Positions 38,493 through 52,028 are shown, numbered from the stretch's first letter. The stretch is DNA of 64,000 nt from an uncultured Candidatus Entotheonella sp. (GCA_965215335.1 CBDCDA010000001.1:1440001-1504000); one strand, 5' to 3'. The notes: generated by a model not told the origin, from the sequence alone. A program made the numbers and translations.

Positions 38493-40196
38493 ATGAATCA
38501 GCAACCCGTCAGCGCCATCTTTGACGAAATCGCCAATCTGATGGAACTGCGGCGGGACGACCCGTTTCGTATCCGCGCCTACCGACGGGCCGCACAGGCG
38601 CTGATGTCCATCCATGAGAGCATGGAGGTCATGGCGAAGCGTGGCGCTCTTGAAGATATTCCGGGCATTGGCAAGATCCTGGCCAGCGAAATCAATGAAC
38701 TCATCGACACCGGCCGGCTGCGTTATCACGACCACCTGAAAAGTACGGTGCCCGAGGGTCTGCCAGACCTGCTACGCCTCCCGAGCCTGACGATCCAGCA
38801 GGCGCGCACCTTGTGGCAGCAGCATCGGATCACCTCTCTGAAGCAACTGGCACAGGCTTACCGAGCCGACCGGACGCCCCTGGATGCAGCCACGCTCGCC
38901 GCCTTGGGCAGGGACCTCGCAGCCTGGGAACGGCACGAGAATCGCATGTTGCTCGGCATCGCCCGCCGGCGCGCCGAGGCCCTGGCGCAGAACCTCGCCA
39001 ATCTCTCGACGATTCAACAGATCGAGATTGCCGGCAGTATCCGCCGCGGCATGACCCTGGTGGGAGACATCAACATCGTCATGGGATCCGAGGACCCGGA
39101 GAAGCTGATCCGATATTGCCGTCGTCAGCCGGAAGTAACCCGGATTCTCGACAGCGGGCCGGCCTCGACGGTGATGCTCATCTCCGAGGGCCTGCGCGTC
39201 TCGCTCGTCGCCGTGTCGCCAGCGCAATTTGCCGCCGCCCTGCTGCTGAGCACGGGTTCCGGCGCCCATACAGCCGCGTTGCAGCAGCGGGCTCAACGTC
39301 ACGGCTGGCGTCTCGATGAGCGCGCCGCGGCAGCAGAAGCGGACCTGTACGAACTGCTGGGATTGCCGTTTATCGCTCCTGAATTGCGCGAGGGCCGCGG
39401 CGAGATCAAGGCAGCGGAAGCGAACGAGCTGCCGCGGCTCGTCTCACAGCAAGACGTGCTGGGCGATCTTCGCGTTGGCAGCCATTGGGGGGGCGGAGCC
39501 AACGGCCTGGACCAGATTGCCCAAGCCGCCCGGAAGATAGACTACCAATACGTGGCCATCTGCGATGCCGCCTACTCCGCTGCCACGGGCCGCGGGCTCA
39601 ACCCTGGCGAGCTCGAACAACAGATTGCCTCGATCGAGCTGATGAACGCCACCTTGCCGGACGATTTTCGCCTGCTGGCTGGCGTGGAAGTCGACATTTC
39701 GCCCGACGGCGACCTCCAGGCCCCAGCGGCGCTGCTACAGACTTGCGACATGGTGGTGGCCGCTGCGCGCACCGGCCTCAAAGAACCGCGTCGTCAACTG
39801 ACCCGCCGTTTGTGCAGGGCCATGGAGAATCCGCTCGTTCACGTCCTGGCGCCCCCGCCCGGGCGCCAGGCGAGTGACCGGGGGATGCCGTCCATCGACA
39901 TGGAAGCGATCCTGGAAACCGCGGTCGCCACCGACACTTGCCTGGAAATCAATAGCCACCCCCTGCGTCCCGGCCCGTTGGAGGTCCACATACGCCAGGC
40001 CCGAGACCGCGGCGTGATGCTCACCCTAGGCTCCGGCGCGCAGCGTATACGTGAGATGCCGTCCATGGCCTTGGGCGTGACGACAGCGCGCCGCGGTTGG
40101 GCCGAACCGCGGCACCTGCTCAATACCCGGCCCCTCCAGGAGGTGATGCAATTTCTAAATCGAAACTCACAGGGAAAGGTGTCCACAGCACCTTGA
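38493..40196 (+). CDS. polX: PolX-PHP family protein with degenerate catalytic sites
   Basis: PFRIRAYRRAA, HhH IPGIGK, GSIRR..GDINI, TGS..H, PELRE, PHP fold (GVEVDI, LEINS, ARRGW). Confidence 0.88.
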   Translation: MNQQPVSAIFDEIANLMELRRDDPFRIRAYRRAAQALMSIHESMEVMAKRGALEDIPGIGKILASEINELIDTGRLRYHDHLKSTVPEGLPDLLRLPSLTIQQARTLWQQHRITSLKQLAQAYRADRTPLDAATLAALGRDLAAWERHENRMLLGIARRRAEALAQNLANLSTIQQIEIAGSIRRGMTLVGDINIVMGSEDPEKLIRYCRRQPEVTRILDSGPASTVMLISEGLRVSLVAVSPAQFAAALLLSTGSGAHTAALQQRAQRHGWRLDERAAAAEADLYELLGLPFIAPELREGRGEIKAAEANELPRLVSQQDVLGDLRVGSHWGGGANGLDQIAQAARKIDYQYVAICDAAYSAATGRGLNPGELEQQIASIELMNATLPDDFRLLAGVEVDISPDGDLQAPAALLQTCDMVVAAARTGLKEPRRQLTRRLCRAMENPLVHVLAPPPGRQASDRGMPSIDMEAILETAVATDTCLEINSHPLRPGPLEVHIRQARDRGVMLTLGSGAQRIREMPSMALGVTTARRGWAEPRHLLNTRPLQEVMQFLNRNSQGKVSTAP

Positions 40197-40306
40197 TCCG
40201 CGATCTCTGCATACGCACGCGCCGCGTCGCTGTCGAATGGCAGAATCCGGTTGGTGAAATCGTCATGTCACGTAGCCTGACTCGCCGCCAGAAGAAATCA
40301 CCACCC

Positions 40307-40903
40307 TCAGAGGTCGTGCCGGCCTTCCAGCGAGCGGCTCAACGTGATTTCGTCCGCATACTCAAGATGCCCGCCGACCGGCAGGCCATGCGCGAGGCGC
40401 GTGAGACGGACGCCGTGGGGTTTCACGAGCCGGGCGAGGTAGAGGACGGTGGCTTCGCCCTCCGTGTTGGAATTGGTCGCACAGATGATTTCGCGGATGC
40501 CGCCCTGTTCGACCCGGGCCAACAAGGCATCAATCGTCAGTTGATCGGGCCCGATGCCGTCGAGCGGCGAAAGCGCGCCCATCAGGACATGGTACAACCC
40601 TTTGTAGACCCCGGTGCGCTCGATGAGAAACACGTCGCTCGGGTCCTCCACCACGCAGATGAGACCGCCGTCGCGCGACGGGTCGGTGCACAACGCGCAG
40701 GGGTCGACCTCCGTAATGCCGCGGCAACGTGAGCAAAAGATAATTTTCTCTTTCACTTCGACGATCGCTCGGGCGAGGCGCTGAGCACGCTCCTGGGGGG
40801 TTCGCAGGATAAAAAATGCGAGGCGCTGGGCGGTTTTCTCACCGACGCCGGGCAGGCGGCAAAGCTCTTCCGTCAGGGTGGAGAGCGTACGCGGTCGGAA
40901 CAT
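40307..40903 (-). CDS. recR: Recombination mediator RecR
   Basis: LPGVGEKTAQRLAF, C4 zinc finger, TOPRIM EGEAT, GLPVGG. Confidence 0.97.
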   Translation of the reverse strand: MFRPRTLSTLTEELCRLPGVGEKTAQRLAFFILRTPQERAQRLARAIVEVKEKIIFCSRCRGITEVDPCALCTDPSRDGGLICVVEDPSDVFLIERTGVYKGLYHVLMGALSPLDGIGPDQLTIDALLARVEQGGIREIICATNSNTEGEATVLYLARLVKPHGVRLTRLAHGLPVGGHLEYADEITLSRSLEGRHDL

Positions 40904-40923
40904 GCCAGATTCCCTGCGGCGGC

Positions 40924-41241
40924 TCAGAAGAGACCGGGGATTTTCATCCCGCCGGTCAGTTTGCTCATCTCGCCGGAAATCATCTCCTGAGACTTGCGCA
41001 GGGCTTCGTTAACGCCGGCCATAACAAGGTCTTCAAGCATTTCGATGTCGTCCGGGTCAACGACCTGCGGCTCGATCTTGAGGCGCAGGACCTCGTTTCT
41101 GCCGTTGACCGTGACCGAAACCATGCCACCGCCGACCGACGCTTCGACGGTCCGCTGGGCGAGCTCCTCTTGCATCCTGACCATCTTCTGCTGCATCTGC
41201 TGGGCCTGTTTGAACAGATTGCCCATGCCACCTTTCATCAT
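40924..41241 (-). CDS. ybaB: YbaB/EbfC nucleoid-associated protein
   Basis: KQAQQMQ, GGGMVSV, EMLEDLV.A.VNEA. Confidence 0.95.
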   Translation of the reverse strand: MMKGGMGNLFKQAQQMQQKMVRMQEELAQRTVEASVGGGMVSVTVNGRNEVLRLKIEPQVVDPDDIEMLEDLVMAGVNEALRKSQEMISGEMSKLTGGMKIPGLF

Positions 41242-41248
41242 GTGCTCC

Positions 41249-42892
41249 TCATCGAGGTACGGCTTGAAAGATATCCACGACAGCTTGCTTGAAGGCGAGT
41301 TTGCTCTGCTGCATGTCCTCCAAGGCGGAGTCATCGGAATCGGTTACGTCGGCCCCGGGCACCGCAGCGGTGCCCGGCTCTTCATCCGGTAGAGATTCCA
41401 CAACCACCTGAAAAACCGGCCCGAAAAGCTCCTGGGCGATTTCCCGGATGGCGGCGAGGTTTTCAGGCTCGCGCAATCTCGACAGATGGAACGCGTCGCG
41501 CTCGTGTATGCCGACCGTCAACTTGTTGTCCTGGTTGGAGACAACGGTGCCCTGTTCCAGACAACTCACCAACGAGGGGCGGCTCTGTGCAACGCGTTCC
41601 TGCAATATGTGCCAGGGGTCACCTTCGGATGCCGTCGGTGTCTCGTGTACCTCGGTGCCGGTCGATTCCACCGTCGGCGCCTTGTGCACCGCGTTCACGA
41701 CCGGCTCGGCCGCGGCGACAGGACAGGGCGTCATCGGCGACGGCGTGGCCTGCCCGTCACCATACCGTTGCAGGTAGTCCAACACCGATTGCAGCGGCTG
41801 CACCCGGCCGATGCAGGTCATGCGCACCAGCGCCATTTCGAGGACCAGCATCGGATTGCTGGCATAACGAAGCGACCCTTCCGCCGCCGACAGCGTGTGA
41901 AACTGCCCGTAAATCTCCTCCGTGCTGACTGCGTCCGCAACCCGGCGCAGCGCCATCATGTCTGACCCCGTCAGCGGGATCAAGCCCCCCGGCTGCGGCA
42001 CCGTCTTGAGCACAATGAGATGCCGCAACCCCTCCAGCAGCGCCTTCATGATGCCGCCGGCCTCGTAACCCTCCATCTGTAGCCGGCCGACGGTGCACAA
42101 AGCCGTTTCAACGTCCTGTCTGAACAGGGCGTCCAGACACACCACCAGCGGTTCACTACCTACCTGTCCAAGAAGCTGCCGAACGTCGTCATCCTGAATC
42201 TCCGTGCCGCAGAAGGCAATGACCTGATCGAGCAGGCTCTGGCCATCACGCATGCTGCCCTCAGCGGCGCGCGCGATATGCGCCAGGCTGGTCGGCGATA
42301 TGGTGAGGCCCTCGCTGTGCGCGATCGCGGCCAGTTGAGCGCAGAGACCCGCCAGCGAAACGCGCTTGAACTCGAACCGCTGGCAACGAGAGATAATGGT
42401 GAGGGGAATTTTTTCCAACTCGGTGGTGGCAAAAATGAACACGACGTGCGGCGGTGGCTCCTCGAGCGTTTTGAGCAGCGCGTTGAAGGCCTCCTTGGTC
42501 AGCATGTGGACTTCATCAATGATGTAGATCTTGTAGCGCCCACCAGACGGCAGGTAACGCAACTGCTCGCGCAGGTCGCGTATCTCGTCGATGCCGCGGT
42601 TGGAAGCGCCGTCGATCTCGATGATGTCCAGGTAGGAACCTTGCGCGATTTCCCGGCAGGATTGGCAGGCGTCGCACGGCTGAACGGTGGGACCTTGCTC
42701 GCAGTTGAGGGCCTTGGCCAGCAGCCGGGCCATGGTGGTTTTGCCGACGCCGCGGGTGCCCGAGAACAGGTAGGCGTGGGCGACGCGGCCAAGCTGGATG
42801 GCGTTTTTCAGGGTGCGGGTGACGTGCTGCTGCTCGACGATATCGTCAAAGGTCTGGGGACGCCATCTCCGTGCGGTGACCTGGTACCCCAT
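41249..42892 (-). CDS. dnaX: DNA polymerase III subunit gamma/tau
   Basis: [43 protein letters not shown]. Confidence 0.97.
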   Translation of the reverse strand: MGYQVTARRWRPQTFDDIVEQQHVTRTLKNAIQLGRVAHAYLFSGTRGVGKTTMARLLAKALNCEQGPTVQPCDACQSCREIAQGSYLDIIEIDGASNRGIDEIRDLREQLRYLPSGGRYKIYIIDEVHMLTKEAFNALLKTLEEPPPHVVFIFATTELEKIPLTIISRCQRFEFKRVSLAGLCAQLAAIAHSEGLTISPTSLAHIARAAEGSMRDGQSLLDQVIAFCGTEIQDDDVRQLLGQVGSEPLVVCLDALFRQDVETALCTVGRLQMEGYEAGGIMKALLEGLRHLIVLKTVPQPGGLIPLTGSDMMALRRVADAVSTEEIYGQFHTLSAAEGSLRYASNPMLVLEMALVRMTCIGRVQPLQSVLDYLQRYGDGQATPSPMTPCPVAAAEPVVNAVHKAPTVESTGTEVHETPTASEGDPWHILQERVAQSRPSLVSCLEQGTVVSNQDNKLTVGIHERDAFHLSRLREPENLAAIREIAQELFGPVFQVVVESLPDEEPGTAAVPGADVTDSDDSALEDMQQSKLAFKQAVVDIFQAVPR

Positions 42893-42933
42893 CGCTCTCT
42901 CCATCGGCTGCGGTGGACCACCATGCACAAGAC

Positions 42934-43207
42934 GGCCGTGCACCCAGTCTCGACCTATCGGGGCGAAACGCCGCTGCCCACAGCGAGCTCGGATCAGGCA
43001 CTCCTGCGGCCCCCGAGGAGAGTTGCTTACGGCTGCTTCCTTCCGGACCTGACCGGGTTCACAACGCCTCGTGGCACAGGACCCAACCTTCAAGGCTGTT
43101 TATGGGAGAGACTTCTCGTCCGATGGGGGCCTCAACATGAGGAATTCCGTCCCGCTATAGCGGATTGCGGGTTACAGGGCACCGCTACCTCCCCACCTAG
43201 CACGACC
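42934..43207 (-). ncRNA. ffs: Large (Alu-domain-containing) bacterial SRP RNA
   Basis: Minus strand begins GGTCGTGCTAGGTGGGGAGGTAGCGGTGCCCTGTAACCCGCAATCCGC, contains the helix-8 motif TCAGGTCCGGAAGGAAGCAGC, and ends GTGCACGGCC pairing with the 5' end; directly upstream of dnaX. Confidence 0.93.
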
Positions 43208-43248
43208 TTTCTTGCGCTTCTGCTGCTTCCGGCCCTTCACGCTGTGAA

Positions 43249-43336
43249 CGGAGAGGGTGGGATTCGAACCCACGGGGCACTTTTGGCGCCCACGCGCTCT
43301 CCAGGCGCGCCGATTCGACCGCTCTCGCACCTCTCC
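43249..43336 (-). tRNA. tRNA-Ser(GGA)
   Basis: Anticodon arm CGCGC-CTGGAGA-GCGCG, long variable arm, GGTTCGAATCC. Confidence 0.95.
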
Positions 43337-43357
43337 TCTTCACGGGCGATAAAAAAA

Positions 43358-43442
43358 CGGAGAGAGAGGGATTTGAACCCCCGGTACCCGTAGGTACAGT
43401 TGATTTCGAATCAACCGCCTTCAACCGCTCGGCCATCTCTCC
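43358..43442 (-). tRNA. tRNA-Ser(CGA)
   Basis: Anticodon arm GTTGA-TTCGAAA-TCAAC, long variable arm. Confidence 0.95.
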
Positions 43443-43719
43443 TTATCAATCCAATTTTCTTTTCTAGTTGTTCTATAGTTAGGAACCTGTATTTTTCAAA
43501 TACCTCTCGATTTTTCCGTGATGCATTGGCAAGTTCTTCCCCTGAGTCAAGGAATTTGTTATTTTGAACTTTCATTCTGATACTTCCTTCAGATATATCC
43601 GCAGTAACAAAGTCCTGATCCATTGATAACTCTTTACAAAGTCTTGTTTCCTCTTCACCGGCCTTAATCCGTTTATAAATAGTCAACACTTTTAATTCAT
43701 GAATACATTTCCATTTCAT
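43411..43719 (-). CDS. AT-rich orphan ORF (about 102 aa), possibly a foreign gene fragment
   Basis: ATG overlaps the tadA stop (ATGA); [40 protein letters not shown]; runs into the tRNA-Ser(CGA) 5' end; far lower GC than flanks. Confidence 0.5.
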   Translation of the reverse strand: MKWKCIHELKVLTIYKRIKAGEEETRLCKELSMDQDFVTADISEGSIRMKVQNNKFLDSGEELANASRKNREVFEKYRFLTIEQLEKKIGLIRRDGRAVEGG

Positions 43720-44204
43720 TTGCCGTCCCGTCTCGTGCTCTGCGAACGCTGCTGACGCAGGTTCCGGAAGAACGCGCTGAGCAGGGCGCTGCATTCCGCC
43801 TCGCAGACACCCCTGACGACCGGAAACGTGTGATTGAGCCGCTGGCTGCCCAAAATGTCGAATTGCGAGCCGCAAGCGCCAGCCTTCGGATCGTGGCAGC
43901 CAAACACCAGCCCCTCGATCCGGCTCAGAACCGCGGCGCCGAGGCACATGATACAGGGTTCGAGGGTGACGTACAAGACAGCCGCAGTGAGGTACCAAGT
44001 ACCCATGGTTTGGGCCGCCTGGCGCAGCGCCAGCACCTCCGCGTGGGCCGTCGGATCGCCCAGCGCCTGCCGCTGGTTGCAGCCCCGGCCGACGATCTCG
44101 TCTCCCACGACGACAACCGCCCCGACCGGCACGTCCGCGGCGTGCATCGCCTGACGCGCCTCGCGCAACGCCGCTTGGATGAAGTATTGGCAATCGGCCT
44201 GCAC
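43716..44204 (-). CDS. tadA: tRNA-specific adenosine deaminase TadA
   Basis: VPVGAVVV, DPTAHAE, TLEPCIMC, DPKAGA, FF..LR; start placed at GTG 44204, downstream of the terminator. Confidence 0.93.
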   Translation of the reverse strand: MQADCQYFIQAALREARQAMHAADVPVGAVVVVGDEIVGRGCNQRQALGDPTAHAEVLALRQAAQTMGTWYLTAAVLYVTLEPCIMCLGAAVLSRIEGLVFGCHDPKAGACGSQFDILGSQRLNHTFPVVRGVCEAECSALLSAFFRNLRQQRSQSTRRDGK

Positions 44205-44231
44205 GGCGGCGGGACTTCCTGGTGTTCGGGG

Positions 44232-44267
44232 AAAAAACAAGGGCACCCTTTTTCAGGAGGTGCCCTT
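44232..44267 (-). terminator. Rho-independent terminator after tRNA-Arg
   Basis: Minus strand AAGGGCACC-loop-GGTGCCCTT followed by GTTTTTT. Confidence 0.75.
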
Positions 44268-44279
44268 CGCGAAAGGAAA

Positions 44280-44353
44280 CGCGCCGAGGAGGAGTTGAAC
44301 CCCCAGCCTCCAGATCCGTAGTCTGGCGCTCTATCCAGTTGAGCTATCGGCGC
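44280..44353 (-). tRNA. tRNA-Arg(ACG)
   Basis: Anticodon arm CCAGA-CTACGGA-TCTGG; the TadA substrate, adjacent to tadA. Confidence 0.95.
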
Positions 44354-44368
44354 TCGGGAGTCATGTGA

Positions 44369-44458
44369 CGGAGAGGGAGGGATTCGAACCCTCGTAGCAC
44401 GTTTTAGGCGCTAAATCGCTTAGCAGGCGATCACCTTCAGCCGCTCGGTCACCTCTCC
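44369..44458 (-). tRNA. tRNA-Ser(GCT)
   Basis: Anticodon arm ATCGC-CTGCTAA-GCGAT, long variable arm. Confidence 0.95.
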
Positions 44459-44498
44459 TGGGGTATGAACCGGTGCGTGCAAACCGTGAGCAGAGCCA

Positions 44499-44582
<84 letters not shown>

Positions 44583-44669
44583 CGCGTCCAGGAACAGCAC
44601 GCCTTGGTATTCGTTCAGAGCCGGAAAGAATAGCACGACATCCAGGAAGCCTTCAAGACATTCCTTTCG

Positions 44670-47249
44670 CTAGGCCGATGCACCGTTGGAACTCCCCGGA
44701 AGCAGCGGGCCGCACTCGTCCGCATCGTCCGTCTCATCAATATCGCTCTCCCCGTCTTCTTCAATGCGCACCGCACCGACGAGACGCTGGTCGGGACCCA
44801 GATTGATGAGCCGTACGCCCTGCGTATTGCGACCGATACGGCGGATATCGCCAACGGACAGGCGAACCAGGTTGCCCTGGTCGCTCATGATCATGACGTC
44901 GTCCTCGTCGAAAACCTGCAAGATGCCCATGACCGGCCCGGTTTTGGCCGTGACACGCAGGTTGATGAGCCCCCTGCCGCCGCGGCTTTGGGGGCGGTAT
45001 TCGGACTCGTTGGTGCGCTTGCCGTAGCCGCTTTCGGAGACGGTCAGAAGCGTGGCAGCGGGGCTGAGGACTTCCATGCCGACTACCTCGTCACCCTTGG
45101 CGAGCCGGATGCCCTTGACCCCGCGAGCGGTGCGCCCGATGGCCCGCACGTCCGCTTCGCTGAAGCGAATGGCCAGGCCCTCGCGGGTGCCGAGCAGGAT
45201 ATCCTGGTCGCCCTGAGTGACGGCGACGCGAATGAGTTCGTCGCCGTCGTCGAGGTTCAGGGCGATGATGCCGGCTTGTCTGGGGTTGCCGTACGCCTTG
45301 AGGGAGGTCTTTTTCACGACCCCGAACTTGGTGGCCATGATCAGATAACGGTCGACCTCGAAGCGTCGGATCGGCACCACTGTGGAAATACGCTCGTCGG
45401 GCTGGAGTTGCAACAGGTTGACCACCGCCTTGCCCCTGGCGGTGCGGCTGACCAGTGGCAACTGGTAGACCTTGAGCCAGTGGACCTTGCCGATGTTGGT
45501 GAAGAACAACAGGTAGTCGTGCGTCGAGGCGATGAAGAGCTGCTCGACGAAGTCCTCCTCGCGTGTCTGCATGGCCATTTTGCCCTTGCCGCCGCGGCGC
45601 TGGCTCTGGTAGAGGCTGACGGGCTGGCGCTTGATGTAGCCGGTATGGCTCTTCGTCACCACCATGTCTTCTTCAACGATGAGGTCCTCGATGTGGATCT
45701 CTTCCTCGGCGTCGACGATCTCGGTACGCCGTGCGTCGCCGTACTGCTCCTTGAGAGCGAGCAGGTCAGCCTTGATGATGCCTTGCAGGCGGGCGTCACT
45801 GGCCAGGATGTCCTCGTAGTCCCGGATGGTTTCGCGCAGCTCGGTGTGTTCGGTGAGAATCTTGTCGCGCTCCAGCCCGGTCAGGCGCTGCAAGCGCAAA
45901 TCCAGAATGGCTTGTGCCTGAACGGCTGAGAGCGTCGGGCGTGCTGCGTTAACCTCAGCCTCTGGAAGCATTCCACTGAATGCTTCACCTTGGGCTTCAA
46001 GAAGGCCGAACCTGCCATCCATGAGCCCCTGGCGCGCCTCGTCCGGCGAAGCGGCGTTGCGGATGAGCGCGATGACGGCGTCGAGATGATCGAGGGCGAT
46101 CAGGAGGCCGACCAGCACGTGCTCGCGTTCGCGGGCACGCTCCAGGTCGTGCTGCGTGCGGCGCACGATGACCTCGCGGCGATGCTCCAGGAAATAGATC
46201 AGCATTTCCTTCAGGGTCAGAATGCGCGGCTGATTGTCGACCAGCGCCAGCATGATGATGCCGAAGGTCGATTGCAATTGCGTGTTGGCGTAGAGCTGAT
46301 TCAGCACCACCTGAGAAACCGCGTCGCGCTTGAGATCGATGACGATACGCATGCCGTGGCGGTCGGACTCGTCGCGCAGGTCGGCAATTCCCTCGATCTT
46401 CTTGGCCCGCACCATCTCGGCGATACGCTCAAGGAGCCTGGTTTTATTCAACTGGTAGGGAATCTCACGGACGATGATGCTTTCGCGTTCATTGCGGTCC
46501 GACACCTCGACATCACAGCGGGCGCGGAGTTGCAGAAAGCCACGACCGGTGTGGTAGGCCTCCAGGATGCCTTGCCGGCCGTGGATGAAGCCCGCGGTCG
46601 GAAAATCCGGCCCCGGAAGACATGCCATCAACTCGGGCAGTGTGCAGTCCGGGTGCTCCAGGACGAGGACCAAGGCATCGATGACCTCGGCAAGGTTGTG
46701 CGGCGGGATGTTCGTCGCCATACCGACGGCGATGCCAGCCGAACCGTTGACCAGCAGGTTAGGAATGGCCGCTGGCAGAACGGTGGGCTCCTGCCGCGTC
46801 TCGTCGTAGTTGGGGACGTAATCGACGGTGTTCTTGTTGATGTCGCGCAGCATTTCCTCGCCGAGACGGGTCATGCGCGCTTCGGTGTAACGCATGGCGG
46901 CGGGCGGGTCGCCGTCCACCGAACCAAAGTTCCCCTGCCCGTCAATCAGCGTGTAACGCAGCGAGAAATCCTGCGCCATGCGCACCAGCGAGGGGTACAC
47001 GGCGCCCTCGCCGTGCGGGTGGTAATTGCCGCTGACGTCGCCGGCGATTTTGGCGCACTTGCGGTGCGCGCGGCTAGCCGTCAGGTTCAGGTCGCGCATG
47101 GTGGTGAGAATGCGCCGGTGCACCGGCTTGAGGCCATCCCGCACGTCGGGCAGTGCCCGACTGATGATGACCGACATCGCGTAGTCCATGAAGGACGTGC
47201 GCAGTTCATCGGTAATACTGATCGGCGTAGAGCTTTCTTGAATGGCCAT
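44670..47249 (-). CDS. gyrA: DNA gyrase subunit A
   Basis: DYAMSVI, DGLKPV, AAMRYTE catalytic Tyr, GyrA-box QRRGGKG, beta-pinwheel repeats. Confidence 0.98.
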   Translation of the reverse strand: MAIQESSTPISITDELRTSFMDYAMSVIISRALPDVRDGLKPVHRRILTTMRDLNLTASRAHRKCAKIAGDVSGNYHPHGEGAVYPSLVRMAQDFSLRYTLIDGQGNFGSVDGDPPAAMRYTEARMTRLGEEMLRDINKNTVDYVPNYDETRQEPTVLPAAIPNLLVNGSAGIAVGMATNIPPHNLAEVIDALVLVLEHPDCTLPELMACLPGPDFPTAGFIHGRQGILEAYHTGRGFLQLRARCDVEVSDRNERESIIVREIPYQLNKTRLLERIAEMVRAKKIEGIADLRDESDRHGMRIVIDLKRDAVSQVVLNQLYANTQLQSTFGIIMLALVDNQPRILTLKEMLIYFLEHRREVIVRRTQHDLERAREREHVLVGLLIALDHLDAVIALIRNAASPDEARQGLMDGRFGLLEAQGEAFSGMLPEAEVNAARPTLSAVQAQAILDLRLQRLTGLERDKILTEHTELRETIRDYEDILASDARLQGIIKADLLALKEQYGDARRTEIVDAEEEIHIEDLIVEEDMVVTKSHTGYIKRQPVSLYQSQRRGGKGKMAMQTREEDFVEQLFIASTHDYLLFFTNIGKVHWLKVYQLPLVSRTARGKAVVNLLQLQPDERISTVVPIRRFEVDRYLIMATKFGVVKKTSLKAYGNPRQAGIIALNLDDGDELIRVAVTQGDQDILLGTREGLAIRFSEADVRAIGRTARGVKGIRLAKGDEVVGMEVLSPAATLLTVSESGYGKRTNESEYRPQSRGGRGLINLRVTAKTGPVMGILQVFDEDDVMIMSDQGNLVRLSVGDIRRIGRNTQGVRLINLGPDQRLVGAVRIEEDGESDIDETDDADECGPLLPGSSNGASA

Positions 47250-47262
47250 TCGTCATTCCTGC

Positions 47263-49707
<2,445 letters not shown>

Positions 49708-50889
49708 CTAGTGGGTACGGGAGGCAGCGTGTGACGTGTCGTTCCGGAAGGTCGTCCGGCCAGCGAGTCGTTGCACCTGGTAGTGAGCCAGCGAGTCGAG
49801 ATCATCGAACTGCTCCCGCTCCTCGGTAGCGGTGATGAAGATTTGAAAGGCATGGGTTTTCAGAAACGTGAAAATGATCCCACGGTTACGTCTATCGAGC
49901 TCGGAGACGATGTCGTCGAGCAAGATGACGGGCCGATGGCCACGCTGACGATGAATACCCAAAGCCAGGGCAACTACCAACAGGAAGACGATGAGTCGTT
50001 GTTGGCCCTGTGAGGCATAACCGCGCGACTCCCTGCCGCGAAAGGTGATCGCAATGTCGTCGCGTTGTGGGCCGAAAAGGGTCTGCCCCATGGCCACCTC
50101 GGCATGTTGCAGGCGCCGAGCTTCGGCCAGGAAGTGATCGCGCAAGGGCGCGTCGGTGCCGTTGGTTGGCAGAAGCCGTTCAGATTGCCGTGCCGAGCAC
50201 CTGGCCAAAATGGCCGGACGGTAATCGAGTGACAACATGCCGATGTCCGATCCCAGATCTTGCAGAAGTTCAGCCGACAGGATGCCGTTCAATAATTCGG
50301 TGTGCCGCCAACGCGCGCGCATCAACTGGATAGCGGCTGTGATAAACCGTTCGGTCCAGGCGGTCAGAGTGCCCGTATCGGCTGGTGAACGTAGCAACGA
50401 GTTACGCTGCTTCAAAACATGCTGGAAATCTTGACTGACTCGTCCGAAGCCGGGGTGCAAGCTGACAATACCCCGATCGACAAGATAACGCCTTTCCGCC
50501 GGACCGCCCCGGATAACCTGCAACGTACCCGGATGAAAGGCAACAGCGGTGAAACGGCTGGTAAATTCCCTCGTATCCCTGGTTTCCTTGCCATTGAGCC
50601 ACAGGCGCCGCGTGCCCGTCGACAGCTGAACGGCCAACTCGCTCTGACGCCCAACGTGCCGGTCAGCAACCGTTGCTTTGATGATGCCTCGTGCGGCATC
50701 CCAGTTTCGCAGTTCTTCTCGATTGCTCGTGCGAAATGAGGATAAGTTGGCCAGGAAGAAGATGGATTCCAGCAGGTTTGTTTTGCCGCTGCCATTGAGC
50801 CCGGTGATGCAGGCACCCGCGGCGGGGAATACCAGGTCGATGTCATGGTAACTTCGGAAGTGACGAAGTGCCAGTTTCTCAAGCAGCAT
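49708..50889 (-). CDS. recF: DNA replication/repair protein RecF
   Basis: GLNGSGKTN, SSFR, GGPAERR, GPQRDD, SQGQQR, LLDDIVSELD. Confidence 0.95.
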   Translation of the reverse strand: MLLEKLALRHFRSYHDIDLVFPAAGACITGLNGSGKTNLLESIFFLANLSSFRTSNREELRNWDAARGIIKATVADRHVGRQSELAVQLSTGTRRLWLNGKETRDTREFTSRFTAVAFHPGTLQVIRGGPAERRYLVDRGIVSLHPGFGRVSQDFQHVLKQRNSLLRSPADTGTLTAWTERFITAAIQLMRARWRHTELLNGILSAELLQDLGSDIGMLSLDYRPAILARCSARQSERLLPTNGTDAPLRDHFLAEARRLQHAEVAMGQTLFGPQRDDIAITFRGRESRGYASQGQQRLIVFLLVVALALGIHRQRGHRPVILLDDIVSELDRRNRGIIFTFLKTHAFQIFITATEEREQFDDLDSLAHYQVQRLAGRTTFRNDTSHAASRTH

Positions 50890-50927
50890 TATGTTTCCTA
50901 CACTTGTGCACTTGTGAACAAGGTCGA

Positions 50928-52028
50928 TCAGACCCGCATTGGCATGATGACGTAGAAAAACGCGTCACTCCCGGAGGGCCGGAGAATGACCGGATTCACC
51001 GCGTCGGTAAGCTCCAGGCATATGTCGCTCTCAGTGGTGACGGCTAGCGCTTCCAGCAAATAGCGGGCGTTAAACCCAATCGTCAGATTGTCACCCTGAT
51101 AATCGGTCGGAATCTGATCGGTCGCCTCGCCCATTTCTGGCGTGTTGGAACACAAGGTGAGATGTTGCAGGTTGAAGTCGATGCGTACTGGTCGAGTCTT
51201 TTCGTTCGACAGAAGGGATACCCGTCGTAGGGCTCGTAGCAGACCCTCGTGGGAAACGGTTGCGGTAGCCTTGTGCTCTTTCGGGATGACGCCCTGGTAA
51301 TCCGGGAACTGGCCTTCAATGAGGCGAGTTACCAGTGTGGCGCGGTCTTTGCGGAAGATCAGGTGATTGGGCAGGGCCGCGATTTCCATCTTCTCGGACT
51401 CGCCATCGGTTGCAAAGCGGCTGACTTCCTCAAGCGCCTTGCGGGGAACAATAACCCGTAAGGTCTTGTCCAGAGTCAACGGTTGCTTGATGTGGGCCAG
51501 CCGATGGCCATCGGTGGCCACCATGGTCACCTGGCCGCTTTCGCAGGTCATCAATACACCACTGAGGGTATAGCGTGTCTCGTCATGCGAAGTCGCGAAA
51601 ACCGTATGGCGGATCATGTCTTCGAAGACATTACTATCGACCTCGGTGAACTCGGCTTCGTCGATTGGGGGCAGGGCAGGATATTCCTCCGCCGGTAGGC
51701 AAGGAACCTTGAATCTGGACGAACCCGACGTCAGGTATGCCCAACCTTCGCTGTCAAGGGTCAAGTTGACCAGCACACCGGCTGGCAGTTCGCGCAGGAT
51801 ATCGTATGTCTTGCGGGCCGGGAGGGTTGTGGTGCCAGGCTGGTTCACCGTTGTATCCAGGTAACCCTTGTAGCCCAGTTCGAGGTCGGTGGCATGGATC
51901 ACGGTTTCGTTGCCGTCCGCGGTCAGCAGGAAGTGGGACAGGATAGGCAGGGTATTCTTGCGCTCGACAATGCCCTGTATCTTCTGCAAACCCTTCAGGA
52001 AAATATCCTGGCTGATGGTGAGGTTCAT
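50928..52028 (-). CDS. dnaN: DNA polymerase III beta sliding clamp
   Basis: ATDLE, VATDGHRL, FPDY, IGFNARYL, IMPMRV. Confidence 0.97.
   Translation of the reverse strand: MNLTISQDIFLKGLQKIQGIVERKNTLPILSHFLLTADGNETVIHATDLELGYKGYLDTTVNQPGTTTLPARKTYDILRELPAGVLVNLTLDSEGWAYLTSGSSRFKVPCLPAEEYPALPPIDEAEFTEVDSNVFEDMIRHTVFATSHDETRYTLSGVLMTCESGQVTMVATDGHRLAHIKQPLTLDKTLRVIVPRKALEEVSRFATDGESEKMEIAALPNHLIFRKDRATLVTRLIEGQFPDYQGVIPKEHKATATVSHEGLLRALRRVSLLSNEKTRPVRIDFNLQHLTLCSNTPEMGEATDQIPTDYQGDNLTIGFNARYLLEALAVTTESDICLELTDAVNPVILRPSGSDAFFYVIMPMRV

Noticed and set aside
45915..46020. Lower-GC insertion in gyrA as an intein or intron
   Set aside because: Only ~25 codons, in frame, no intein terminal motifs; falls in a region of GyrA known to vary in length
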